Below, in pieces: positions 1-10,829 of a DNA stretch of 64,000 nt (its first letter is position 1; every line of letters begins with the position of its first letter). The notes under the pieces were generated by a model that saw only the letters and a program-made list of their open reading frames with translations, had not been told where the DNA came from and did no database searches. Source of the DNA: Minutocellus sp. GHC0000111 (taxonomy: Eukaryota); the NCBI GenBank assembly GCA_977018835.1, contig OZ361256.1:3844001-3908000 (forward strand). The letters are read 5' to 3'. A program made the translations under genes and the position numbers.

Positions 1-1113
1 ACCACCCTCCTCGACCGGGCGGCTCCCCCGGCCACCACCGTCCGCCGGCGATTCCGCCACTTCGTCGCCCTCGAGGAGCGCCTCCGCGAGATGTGTCCCG
101 GGGCAATCCTCCCCCCGCGGCCGGAGAAGCACGCCGGCCGGGCCATCGAGGAGGCGTCGACGCGCCAGTCGACGCAGTTTGCGCTGCAGCGCGCCCAGGA
201 GCTCGAGAATTATCTGAACGCCCTGGTGCAGCATCCCGTGGCGGGACAGTCCCCGGTGTTGAGGTTGTTTCTGACGCTGCAGGATGACATTGGGACGGCG
301 TGGCCGGAGGTTTCGTCCAGTGCTCTGACGAGACTGGGGGCCGTGGCCGGCAGTACCACCGCCAAGGTTGCCGAGGGGACGACCAGTCTGCTCGAGGACA
401 TTCAGAAGGACAATCTGGCCGCCGGGGAGGACAACGCCGAGCTCTTGGCGCTGGCCGCCAACGAGGGAGTGCGGATGGGGTCGTGCATCCAGGCCGTCCC
501 GAAGATGGAGGGTGCCATCGCCCTGCTGCGCGAGCAGGGAGAGCGGGCCGCCATCACCGGGATGGAGGTGTCGAAGCTCGGGAAGGATCTGGCCACCACC
601 GACCCCGCCATGTCGGGACTGTTCGACATGCTGTCCAGTGGTTTCCTTCGCAACGGCCGTCGGACGAAGCGTCTGGCGATTGAGCTCAGTGCCGCCAATT
701 CTCCGTTCGTCGCACAGTATCGTCTGTGCCGGTACGAGCGCATGGCCTTTGCCGACCGCCGGGCAGCGCTGAAGCGCCGTTCGGCCATGCGAGGCAGGGC
801 CAACAAGCAGGCCCAGACGCTCATGATGCAGCAGCATCAGGCCGCCGTCAATATGGGCCGTCCGGACCAGCTGGGCCGCTACGAGGTTCAAACTGCCATG
901 GCCGACGAGTATGCCGTCAGCGCCGTCCGTGAGGCCGACATCGTCGGTGCCACGCTCCAGAGCGAGGTGAGCCGCATCGCCTCCACCCGTCTGGTGGAGT
1001 GGTCGGCCAGCATCAAGGTACTGGCGAGCAGCATGAAAGAGGCTTGCGCCGAGCGCTCCAGCATCTGGGAGGGAGTCAAGGAACAGTTTGAGTCTACCGA
1101 TTTGGGCATTTAA
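1..1113 (+). CDS. PX-domain sorting nexin (PX + BAR/Vps5-like helical region), 5' partial
   Basis: The frame is open from base 1 and reads TVRRRFRHFVALEERL...PGAILPPRPEK...RAQELENYLNALVQHP...LRLFL, a typical PX signature. A helical C-terminal half follows. Stop TAA at 1111-1113. Confidence 0.85.
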   Translation, partial: TTLLDRAAPPATTVRRRFRHFVALEERLREMCPGAILPPRPEKHAGRAIEEASTRQSTQFALQRAQELENYLNALVQHPVAGQSPVLRLFLTLQDDIGTAWPEVSSSALTRLGAVAGSTTAKVAEGTTSLLEDIQKDNLAAGEDNAELLALAANEGVRMGSCIQAVPKMEGAIALLREQGERAAITGMEVSKLGKDLATTDPAMSGLFDMLSSGFLRNGRRTKRLAIELSAANSPFVAQYRLCRYERMAFADRRAALKRRSAMRGRANKQAQTLMMQQHQAAVNMGRPDQLGRYEVQTAMADEYAVSAVREADIVGATLQSEVSRIASTRLVEWSASIKVLASSMKEACAERSSIWEGVKEQFESTDLGI

Positions 1114-1214
1114 GCGCCACCAAAGTCGGTGTAGGTAGAATAGAGTATCGATAACCATTTGATATCAATGTCTTATGCACATAGCATCACCATATGTCTT
1201 CTAATGTTACAAGT

Positions 1215-4200
1215 CTATCGTCCACCTTTTCTTCTCTTCTTTCTCTTTGGGCCACCGCCACCACCCTCGCGAACAACGTAAGGTGTGACACTGCTTTCCG
1301 CTTGAATTGCAGCCTTCAGACCAGGGCCAGACAGGAATTTACCAAACTGCTGCTTCCTCATCGGAACAGCGAGAAGCTGCTTCAGCCGTTGTCTACCCTT
1401 TCGAGCTTCAGCCAGACGTTGGCGATCGCGATGGTCACCGTCCATGAGGCCACCGTCCAGCAAATCTTCATCCAAGTCCAGGCCAGCCTCTTCTGCAGCT
1501 TTGGCGAACCATTCATTCTGCTTACTTGCCTTGCTTTCAATGTTTTCGCACTCCACAATCCTAGAAGCGAGGTTGGTTCGTTCCTGCGCTGCAGACAGCA
1601 GTTGACCGTCAAATGGTAGAGGCTTGAACTCTTTGGTCTCGCTATCAACGGCCAGGCAGATTGCTCGCTGAGCTTTCTCTTCGGCCGCGGAAATCAGAGA
1701 GATGCTGGAACCGAATGCAGTTTCTCCGACGCCACGCGCCGTTCGTCCAGCACGATGAACAAACGTATCGATGGCTCTTGGTACGTCGTAGTGGACGACG
1801 GAGGTAATGGACGAAACATCAAGACCGCGAGCTGCGACATCTGTTGCCACTACAATCGCCCGAGATTTGGGCTTTTGAAGAGATTCGAGCGCCGACATTC
1901 GTGCCTTCTGAGCCATTTGAGCGTGAAGCATTCGCGCTGGAAGGCCAAGAGTCTTGAGAGTATCCCCAATCCTTCGGACAGCAGCGATCGAGTTACAAAA
2001 TACTAGACAAGGACCGGATGATCCCATTTGTGTCGTAGTGAGGTAGGCGTACAGGTACATATCTTTGTGTTTCTGGGTGCATTTGACCTGGTACAGTGAA
2101 AGGCCGGGAGGAAGCTTCAGACCTTGCGGAGATTTTGACGAATCCGAGCCCTTCTTCTTTTTGTCACCGGAATCCTTTTTGCCCTTCTTGGTATCACCTC
2201 CATCTGCTGCTTCCTTTGCCGATGTAGAAAGATCAACGACCTTGGTTTGGCCACAACCTCCAGCCTTTTCCAATATTTCAGCAATGAGGCCGTCGACTGA
2301 TTGACCCTTCCTCTTCCGTTTCTTCTTCTTTTTGTTGTTGTTGGAAGATTCGGCCGCCTTGATGAGGTGATGGGATGAGGTCGGAAGCGTAAGTGTTGCT
2401 GAGAAGATGAATGTTTGACGGTGAACGCGCTCTTCCTCATCCTCGTCGTCACTTTCATCCTCGCTATCTTGGTCGTCCTCACTCTCTTCATTGGAGTCGC
2501 TGTCGTCATGCGCCGGGACATCATTCGGTTCAAATCCGTCGTCGCCGCCGACGCCACCTTCCTCTTGTCTGCGAATCATAGCCATGAGACGATCGTCCAA
2601 CATGGTCACCTTGGCCTCTCCACGGATACCAGGAAGACTTTGGAGTCGATCGGGGTCGTCATCGTCGTCGTCAAAGTCATCTCCGCCATCCTCGGATGGA
2701 GGTGGATTGGCCTCGTTGATCAGAGAGAATATCTTGGCAAGCTGAGGAAAGCTCCCCTGCTTGATCATGCTGTCGGCTTCATCAACGACGAGATAGCGCA
2801 GCTTTGTGAGGTCCATGAGATGCGGATGTTCTTCGCTGGACATCTGTATGCGTATGTGGTATAAAAGAGGCGAGAGAAGTACATGATGTGAGTCTAGATT
2901 TCTTCGCCAAGTTGGCAAACAAAGCCAGTTCTTCAAGCCTCGAGAGCAAAGACCATTTCCAGCACGATATTGATTTCAGACTGACGTGCAAATACAAATT
3001 TCGAGTTTCATAAGCCCGAGAAGGATTCAAACAGATGTCTAGGATATGTCTTGTCATCACCAACCAATATCGTGAATGCCGCATGCTTTGCCTTTGGTCT
3101 ACACATACACATGCATATGCTGGAAAATGGAGGAAACTTGACTTACCAGCTCCCACAGCCTACCGGGAGTCGCCACCAAGATGGGCGGTCGCTTGACATT
3201 GAGTACCCGCTTTTGTTTTTGCTCGGCCAACCCACCGGCGATGGTACCAACTCCCACCTCATTGCAGCAAACCTTTTGGATCTCTGAAGACACCTGAACG
3301 GCCAATTCGCGAGTTGGACACAGTACGAGGCCGGTGAGCGGTTCCTTCGGGCGAGTGTCGCCCTTCTTTTTCGCCGGCTCTTCGCTGGCACCGCTATCAC
3401 TACCGTCATCATCACCGCCCTTGGCTTCATCACGCGCCGTCAATATCCCCTGAAGCATGGGCAGTGCATACGCCAGCGTCTTGCCGGATCCGGTCGGAGC
3501 GGCACCGACGATGTCCCTCCGTCCCAGGATGGACGCCGGAAGCGTCGACGACTGGATGGGCATCGGCGTGGCAAATCCCTGCTTGGCCAGTCCCCGGCAC
3601 AGCGTCCCGTGCAGGTAAACCCCTGGGGCAGATACCGACCAGTTGGTTCGGACGGCGTCCATCTCCTGCTGCGTCGGACCTGCGTCGCCATCATCCTTAG
3701 AATTGTTATCTTCCTGCTGCTTCTTTTTCTTTTCGGCCTCCTCTTGTTTCCGCTTCTTCTTGCGCAGCTTGGCCTCCTTGCGTTTCAGACGTTTCTTTAA
3801 TTGCCTGATTTCCTCCTCCTCCGCCTCGACGGTGGAATTGCCCTTGGCATTGTCATCATCATCATCATCATCAGAAGTATCATTGCCATCGTTATCCTCA
3901 GTACGAGCTTTCTTCTTTGGTTCGCTCTTGGCAGATTTCACAGCCTTCTTCGCCTTCTTTTTGTTCTGGCGCTGCAGCCTGGCCTTCATCGTCATCGTCG
4001 TCATCATTGTTGTCGTTATCGTTATCATTTCTGGTGACGGGAATGACGCGGCTCACCTCTCCCCCGCCCACCTTCTCCTTCTTCACGATAAAATGACTTG
4101 CATCGACCACCTCGAAGCCGAACAATATGCCAGGATCGTCGGCACCGTCCATGCCACTTGAGGCAGTTTGCTGCATCTTGCGTTTCTTCCCCCCGCCCTT

Positions 4201-4464
4201 CTTGCCCTTGGACGACGACGATGCCTCGGCATCGTACAACTCTCCCTCGAAGCGGGCGTCGGTGGTGTCGGGATCGTCGTAGTGGTTGTAGCCGAGGTCG
4301 TCGGGATGGGCTGGCTGGTGATGCTGATTGGAGTTGGACTCGTCATTATCTTCGGCGGCGGCGGTAGCGGCGCCAGAGCCATTTGTGCTGGTCGAGGCCT
4401 TCTTCCAGGGAAGAGACGACCAGACGGAGCCCGCCGTCGTCGCCTTGGACTTGCGCTTTCCCAT
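1215..4464 (-). CDS. DDX24: DEAD-box RNA helicase, DDX24/MAK5-like; intron 2844-3146; apparent 1-nt frameshift near 3965
   Basis: Q motif (FATPMPIQ), Walker A APTGSGKT, PTRELA, ATPGRLWEL|MSS joined across a GTAAGT...CAG intron, VVDEAD, FSAT, ATDVAARGLD, HRAGRTAR. The DEAD-to-SAT acidic insertion and C-terminus resemble MAK5/DDX24. Start MGKRKSK at 4464. Confidence 0.85.
2963..3074 (-). ncRNA. Intronic box C/D snoRNA, probable snR72/snoR72Y-like LSU rRNA 2'-O-methylation guide
   Basis: On the minus strand: perfect 10-bp terminal stem (2963-2972 / 3065-3074), box C GTGATGA (3060-3054) and box D CTGA (2979-2976). The guide ATTTGCACGTCAG is complementary to the conserved LSU rRNA sequence CUGACGUGCAAAU. 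Confidence 0.85.
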
Positions 4465-4539
4465 GGCTGGTGCAGTCGAAGATATCTGCTTTGCTTTGCG
4501 CTTTGCCTTGGCTTGGCGGTGGCGCTTGAACAACTCTGG

Positions 4540-5062
4540 GCAAAAAAATCGCACACTTCCAACATGTCTGACACAAAGCACTCCCCATTGACAGAATTTC
4601 CAGCCTTTTCTTGAAACTTTTCCTTAAGAGTGGGAATTGCAAGATGAATAAGAATCTCACCAAAAGCAGGTTGACAGCGCAGGTGCTAGGAGTGGGAGCG
4701 AATGCCCAGAAATTACCAGACAATGCATGGCCGAGGTCCAATGGGGGTCTTTTGGGGATGTTTCGTAAATAAGTAATCATTCATTACCAACACATGTAGT
4801 AAACATGAAGTTACCGGTAGTGACATGTAGACTCGCCGAGCAGAGATGCTTTTATCATTTCGCTCCCTTTTCCTTCTTTTTCCTTCTTTCTCCTCTTTTT
4901 CTTTCCGCGGGTAAAGTTTGCCCTGCGGGTAAACTTGGGAATTTTTGCGCTCTTATTCATCTTGCAATTCCCACTCTTAAGGAAAATTCAAGAAAAGGCT
5001 GGAAATTCTGTCAATGGGGAGTGCTTTGCGTCAGACATGTTGGAAGTGTGCGATTTTTTTGC
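4540..5062. mobile_element. Foldback/MITE-like element or inverted promoter duplication with ~113-bp inverted repeats (4540-4653 and 4951-5062)
   Basis: The two arms are reverse complements differing by one substitution and one 2-nt indel, around a ~300-bp non-coding spacer. No clear target-site duplication was found. Confidence 0.6.
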
Positions 5063-5146
5063 TCGGTTTGTTGTGGTTTCTTTTTGCTGTCAGCATGACG
5101 CAAAAACGTAACTACGGATCGGCTCATTCATTGACTATTTTCGGCA

Positions 5147-8100
5147 ATGGCCACGGCGCAAGCATCGGCACTCGGCGCGATGAGCAATCAGCGGCAGCAG
5201 TGCGGTCTTTACCTCGCCCCATCCTCCATCCCATCCGCTGGTCTGGGAATTTTCGCCGGCGTGGCATATCCCACCGGCTCGCGCATCGGTGCATCGCCAG
5301 TCTCCACGGTGGGCGTACCGGTCGTCGATCCAGTGGCTCTGTACGAGGCGGAGGAACTCATCTCCGAGTTTGGTTGGAATGCGGCTAGCGTCGGTGGATT
5401 TACCGAGGCCGGCTTTGGGGATGTCTTCACGCTGCTAATAGGGAGCAGCGGTGCCATACTTGTCAACTTTCACCCGACCTTGGGAAATGTGCTGCCTGGG
5501 GGGTTGAGCGATGTCACCTATTCCAATGGTGATCGAGGCAGTCCAGGCACGGGAGCCTACACATCCTACGATAACTTCACGTTCGTTGCCAAGACAGACA
5601 TTCAAGCTGGCGAAGAAATTTTGGCGTCGGCGAACGAGAATTGGTATGACTATCTAAGAGAGAAGAAGCCAGGTATCTTTACGCCAACCAAGGATGATTA
5701 TGAACGTGCCGATGCGCTGGTGAAACGTTTGGCTGACTTTCGACGGAATCACAACGGTCGTGTGACCGATGCGCAATTCCTTGATATGGTGCATCGAATC
5801 AAAACAGAGATGCTGTCCTCTGAACCATCGAAATCAAACTCGCACGATGCCAACATAATTCAGTTGCTGCCCTCATCACTGTCGGGATTTGATGCTGCGG
5901 CAGAAAAGGGGACGGCACGATCTCAGCTACACGAGAGATCGTTGGATTGGCTCGAGCGGAATGGAAGGTGCTTGGATGACACCATTGCCAGTGGCACCAG
6001 CGAAATTGCCAATGCTGGCAGAGGTGCCTTTGCCAAACAACCCATCGGGGAGGGATCTGTCATCACAACCATCCCTCTTGTTCAAGTGATGGACAAGAAG
6101 AATCTCGACATTGATGTGAAATTTATGCAAGAGTATCATCACATGGAAGTATCCAATCGTCAATTATTGATCAATTACTGTTTTGGTCATCGCAAGTCAG
6201 AGATTTTGCTTTGTCCGACGACGAGTGTGGCGCTCGTAAATCACAACAGGGAGAAAGCCAATGCAAAGATCCGTTGGTCCGATTTTCTCAGTTCATCAAC
6301 TGCAAGCGACATCAACAAAAGACATGTTCCGCCACACATGGCTTCGTTGGATGAAATAGATCCCAAGAAATGGGTACTGATGTTCAGCTGGTGTTTGATT
6401 TGGTAGCCACAACTGACATCCGCGAAGGCGATGAAATATATCTCGACTATGGGGAGGAATGGGAAACAGCTTGGAATGATCACCTCCGTTCTTTTGTACC
6501 AAGCTCTCACGACGGCTATGTCCCTGCAAGCGCATTGAATGCGGACGAGCACCCAATACTCATGTCCGACGATCCTGATCTAGTCCATCACGCCTATCTT
6601 TGCCGCCTCGAACCTTTTGCTCGTGAGGATTCAATCAAGAGCATGCCAGTGGAAGACTACCGAGCGAATCCCAGCATGGAGCCAGATGGCTGGGGAGATT
6701 ATACACGTAAAATGTACGCCGACAATGATCATATGTGGTGGTGGCCATGCGATGTCGTTGGTATTGACAGCAATTCTTCAGATGATGGCAGACCAACGTA
6801 TGAAACGATTGTCTATGAGAAAGGATCCATTGATGATGGGAGGGAGCCAAGAGTAATTCGAAAGCTCAAAAATGTCCCACGTACTGGTATCAAATTTGTC
6901 GACAGGCCGTATCATTCCAATCAGCATTTACCATCTGCTTTTCGGCACTACATTCCCATACCTGACGATATCTTTCCGCTGCATTGGCGAAATGACTACA
7001 GGGCGGCATCAAACCTTGGTTTGGGATACAAAAATATGGGAGACGTAGATCATTCGAGAGCAGATGAAGATGCGTACGAAGAGACACTGAGAGAGGCCAA
7101 GTGTGGTGTGTGGGTCGCACCGTCAAATATTTAAGGTGCGGGGAATGGCATTTTTCTTGGTGTTGATACTCCGGGCAGTGGATATGTTCTTGGTACGACT
7201 TGGCCAATTATCCCTGTTTCAGACATGTCCGAACGAGAACATTGGGACGCAGCGGATTACACGTGGGCCAGCTCTAGCTTCGAGACGGAATTTGAGACGG
7301 GTCCTGAAGGAGCGAATCAAATCCAATCAATCAATGACGGTAGCCTTGCGAACTTCCATCCCGGACTGGTAAATTACAGAACAGGTGATGCGCACTTCAA
7401 TCCCATTCTTGATCGACGAAGCGATCCCGGGGCTGGTGCATTCTCCGATTATACCGGGTTCTCGTTTACTTCGCGATATATGAAGTTGGGAAAGGAGAAG
7501 AAGTTTACATCTCATATGGGAGAGCTGGTTCTCGTCGCGTTCTTACCTCGGCATGATTCCGTTGTCGGCAAACTACAACGAAGCAAACCGGATTGTGGCA
7601 TCATTGGTTTCCGCTACAAAAGAAGGGGGTACCCACGATGATGCGCCTGTACTTGATGCAGATTCGGCATCTGAATTCCTCTCTATAATCAAGGGCGATG
7701 TAATCAGCAATACTCGAACGAGAAAGGTCCTTGATCCTTATGCTGACTATGTGGATGTCAGCACAAGGGTATTGGGAAGAAATGGTACTGCCGAAGCTAC
7801 TACAGAAAACAAATCTCAAGAGTGGCTGGAAAAAAATGGCTACTGCATCGATAACATTTATTCAAAGCGCAGCACCATAGAACAGGCCGGGCTCGGAGCA
7901 TTTGCAAGGTAAACAAATGATTTTGGCGTTCAATATTTCGAGAAAAACCTTGCGATGTTTTCTCACTATCAAAATTACATGTGATTCTTTATCTTTCTTC
8001 CGTGTCTTTTCCACCCCTACCCTTTTGTCTCTGTCAAGGCGCCGAATGACGGAGGGAGATGTAATCACTCCAGCCCCGCTCATTGCGACGTACGGTCGCC

Positions 8101-9024
8101 ACATGTTCAACCTCGTCGGAAGGCATTTACCCGACGACATCAATACAGTCAATTTGGCTCTCAATTATCAGTTTTCGCATCCCGATTCCTCGCTGTACTT
8201 ATTTCCGACAACGAGTGCTTTGTTGATAAATCATCGTTCAGCCAATCAAAGGTGGGGAGGCACAAAGCCAAACGCGGAATTGCGGTGGTCTACAACCGAT
8301 AGAAAAAGCGCTTATTTTCTACAGCGGACGCTGGAAGATCTCAAGAAGGAGCATTACACGACACTGGTGATCGATGTTGTTGCTACTCGAACAATTGAGC
8401 CCGACGAGGAAATCACCATCGACGACGGGGACAATTGGAATGAATCATGGGGCCGTCACGTCGCCAACGTCAAGTCATCGTCCCCGGCAAAAGGCGATGG
8501 TGTTCCCTGCTTCAAATCGTCCAAGGTAGTGAACGAGATGAATGATGACAAATTCAATGTTGTCAACCAGGCGTGGAGCGAAGATCATTTCACAGCTTGT
8601 AGGCGATCAGAAATGCCGACGGGGGACGATTCGGTAATCTTCATTATTCCGAAGCCAAAGAATAAATCTTATAGAAAGAGGGAAGTGGCACACATTGACA
8701 AGGACGGCAATGAATACCGATGGTCTTTTCGAGGAATCGATTTTGATCACGAAGGCTACTACTTCAGAGTTGTACCCTTGCCTTGTTTTGGATTCATCCG
8801 AAGACGACAAAACTCTGGACGTTGTATACTTTACATATGAGACAAGCACCCTAGATGACGAGGAGGCCAACGTTCTTCGCCGTGAAAGAATGCTCATGGC
8901 CGAGGACATTAAATTTTTGAACAAGCCCTATAAAAGCGATATGTATTGGGAGGGTGCCTTTCGCCATCCTATTGAGATCCCAGATAGCATCTTCCCTCCA
9001 CTTTGGAAGGATCTGGCAACCTAA
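5147..9024 (+). pseudogene. Internally duplicated SET-like domain protein (diatom-expanded family), disrupted; intron 7909-8038
   Basis: Two copies of the module CGxxxAPSxIxxAGxGIF...NFHP...F...GEE / GxCxD...SxIxxAGxGAFA...NYxFxH...LxNH...ATxxIxxxxEI...W / RHxIxIPDxIFPxxW. There is an in-frame TAA at 7132-7134 and frameshifts near 6365, 7480, 7520 and 8765. Confidence 0.6.
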
Positions 9025-9123
9025 TGAGCTAGAGCTGGTAAAAAAAAAATAATAATCCGAGAGGTGTTTCAACTCGTTGAATGGCAAAATATCTTGGGCA
9101 TCTCTACCTATTCTTTATTTACA

Positions 9124-10325
9124 TTAAGCACGCACAGCGACCATGATAGGATGCTCTTCTCCATCATCTCCCATCATCATGGCCTTCATGAGTCCTTCAT
9201 TGTCCCCAGCACCATCGGCTTCCTCAATGAGATGACGACGGCTCCCCTTACTACTCTTTGCTCGCTTGCTACCACTCGTGCTATCCCCTCCACCACCTCG
9301 AAGGCTGGAAGGAATAGCTTCGCTCTTGCTACACTTTCTTGCCTTGCTCGATTTGGAACCCTTTGCAGATTTTGAAGAGGTGCTACTGCTCCCCTGAATC
9401 TCCGTAGAGTTAGAAAGTGTCCAGGCCATGTCGAGATACTCAAGCTGTGGATCAGGAAGCAAGTTGTCGAAAGTAACCCACGCATTGTTAACGAAAGTAA
9501 GGCTACCATTGACGCCATTTTGGACGTCATCGGCACCGATTTCCCAACCCCACCAAGAAGGAGCATCGGAGCACCCTGTGGTATCGGAGATGATGGAGAA
9601 CCAGTAACGACCAGCCGCAAGCTCAGGCGGGCCATTGCCGTTCTCATCGAGGAGATCAATGTCACATTGGTGCTCTCTAATTGTATCGCCCGAGGTTTGT
9701 GACCTGATATCGCTGAAGCAGCAGTCGGGGTCGATGTCGCCTCGTTCAAATAAAACGTCCGAGGATGGTTGTCCATTGTCGTCGGCATATATTACTACGG
9801 TGTAGGTCAGAGGACAATACTTGGTAGGGAAGCCGTCAATGTAAAATACGCCCCAGGTTGTGATTGCAGTCGGTGATGTTGCCTCGTGAAGCACAACGTC
9901 CTATGCAAAAGAAGAAAGTTTAAATGGATGCGACAGGTGTAACGGTGAGACGGATATTGAATTTCATTGGCCTGCTGCTGCTTGCTGGTGAATCGAATCG
10001 AATAAAATCGAATTCAACTGAAAGCCTGATGCCTCTCAGCACAAAAAACAAATCAAGCAACTTGACCTACATCTGCTATCAGAAGCCCCCCCGCTGCGGC
10101 ATCTGCTGCAATGAAGAGGTACCAAGGACCTTCTTCGCCCAAGAAGGTCGGTATCGTCGTGGGTGGTTGGAAAAGTAGAGTATCCGGCGCATCTGGGGGC
10201 GCATACAACTCGCGATGATAATGAGCAGCAGTAGATTCAGGTCGTCGCGAAACACCAGCGCCACCAGCGCCGATGGCGAGGGTAGATACAACGAGGAGAT
10301 GAAGAGACTGAAACGAGACGAACAT
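9124..10325 (-). CDS. Secreted protein with a bacterial-like beta-rich extracellular domain; exons 10325-10071 and 9900-9124
   Basis: Signal peptide MFVSFQSLHLLVVSTLAIGAG. A GTAGGT...TAG intron (9901-10070) gives an in-frame join LLIAD|DVVL. The core reads ITTWGVF...VVIYADDNGQP...LAAGRYWFSI, followed by a Ser/Lys-rich tail (SKSAKGSKSSK). Confidence 0.7.
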
Positions 10326-10829
10326 ATTGCGATCAAGCGAATTGTAGCGATGGCATCTGCTTTCTTGGAGCTTTTCTTGGCTGCCTGCGTGAAACGGCGA
10401 AAGAGCTCATCAGGTCGATTTTGTCTCGACGACGACTATGCATGAGGCTGTGTGCCATCGATGTCGATGAAAACATGCTTGGGTTTCTGCACTTTACCTC
10501 CAGGGGGCACCCAGCCAGCTCTCAGTGATAAAATATGGTGGGAATCGGAGGAATCCGGGACCTATCCCCCAGAAGTAGCACCTAACGCACGAGATGTGCT
10601 CACTTATCAGAGAACAAGTTATCAACGAAGCGCTATTGCTTGTTCCATCGTATTCGTCTCCATCTGGCCCACATTGTGCCGGATACGACTATATTTCGTC
10701 ATCAGCTCAGCCAGCTCTCGGCGTTTGACCTGCCGGCCTGCGGCGCTCGCTCGCTCGGCCAGCTCGGCCACTTAGCTACGTAGCTCCTAGCTAGCTAGCT
10801 AGACACTTCATCACAATACAAGTCTCAGC

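Noticed and set aside
7132..7134. Alternative genetic code (TAA/TAG reassigned) to explain in-frame stops
   Set aside because: Well-conserved genes in the window end at TAA or TAG and otherwise lack internal stops.
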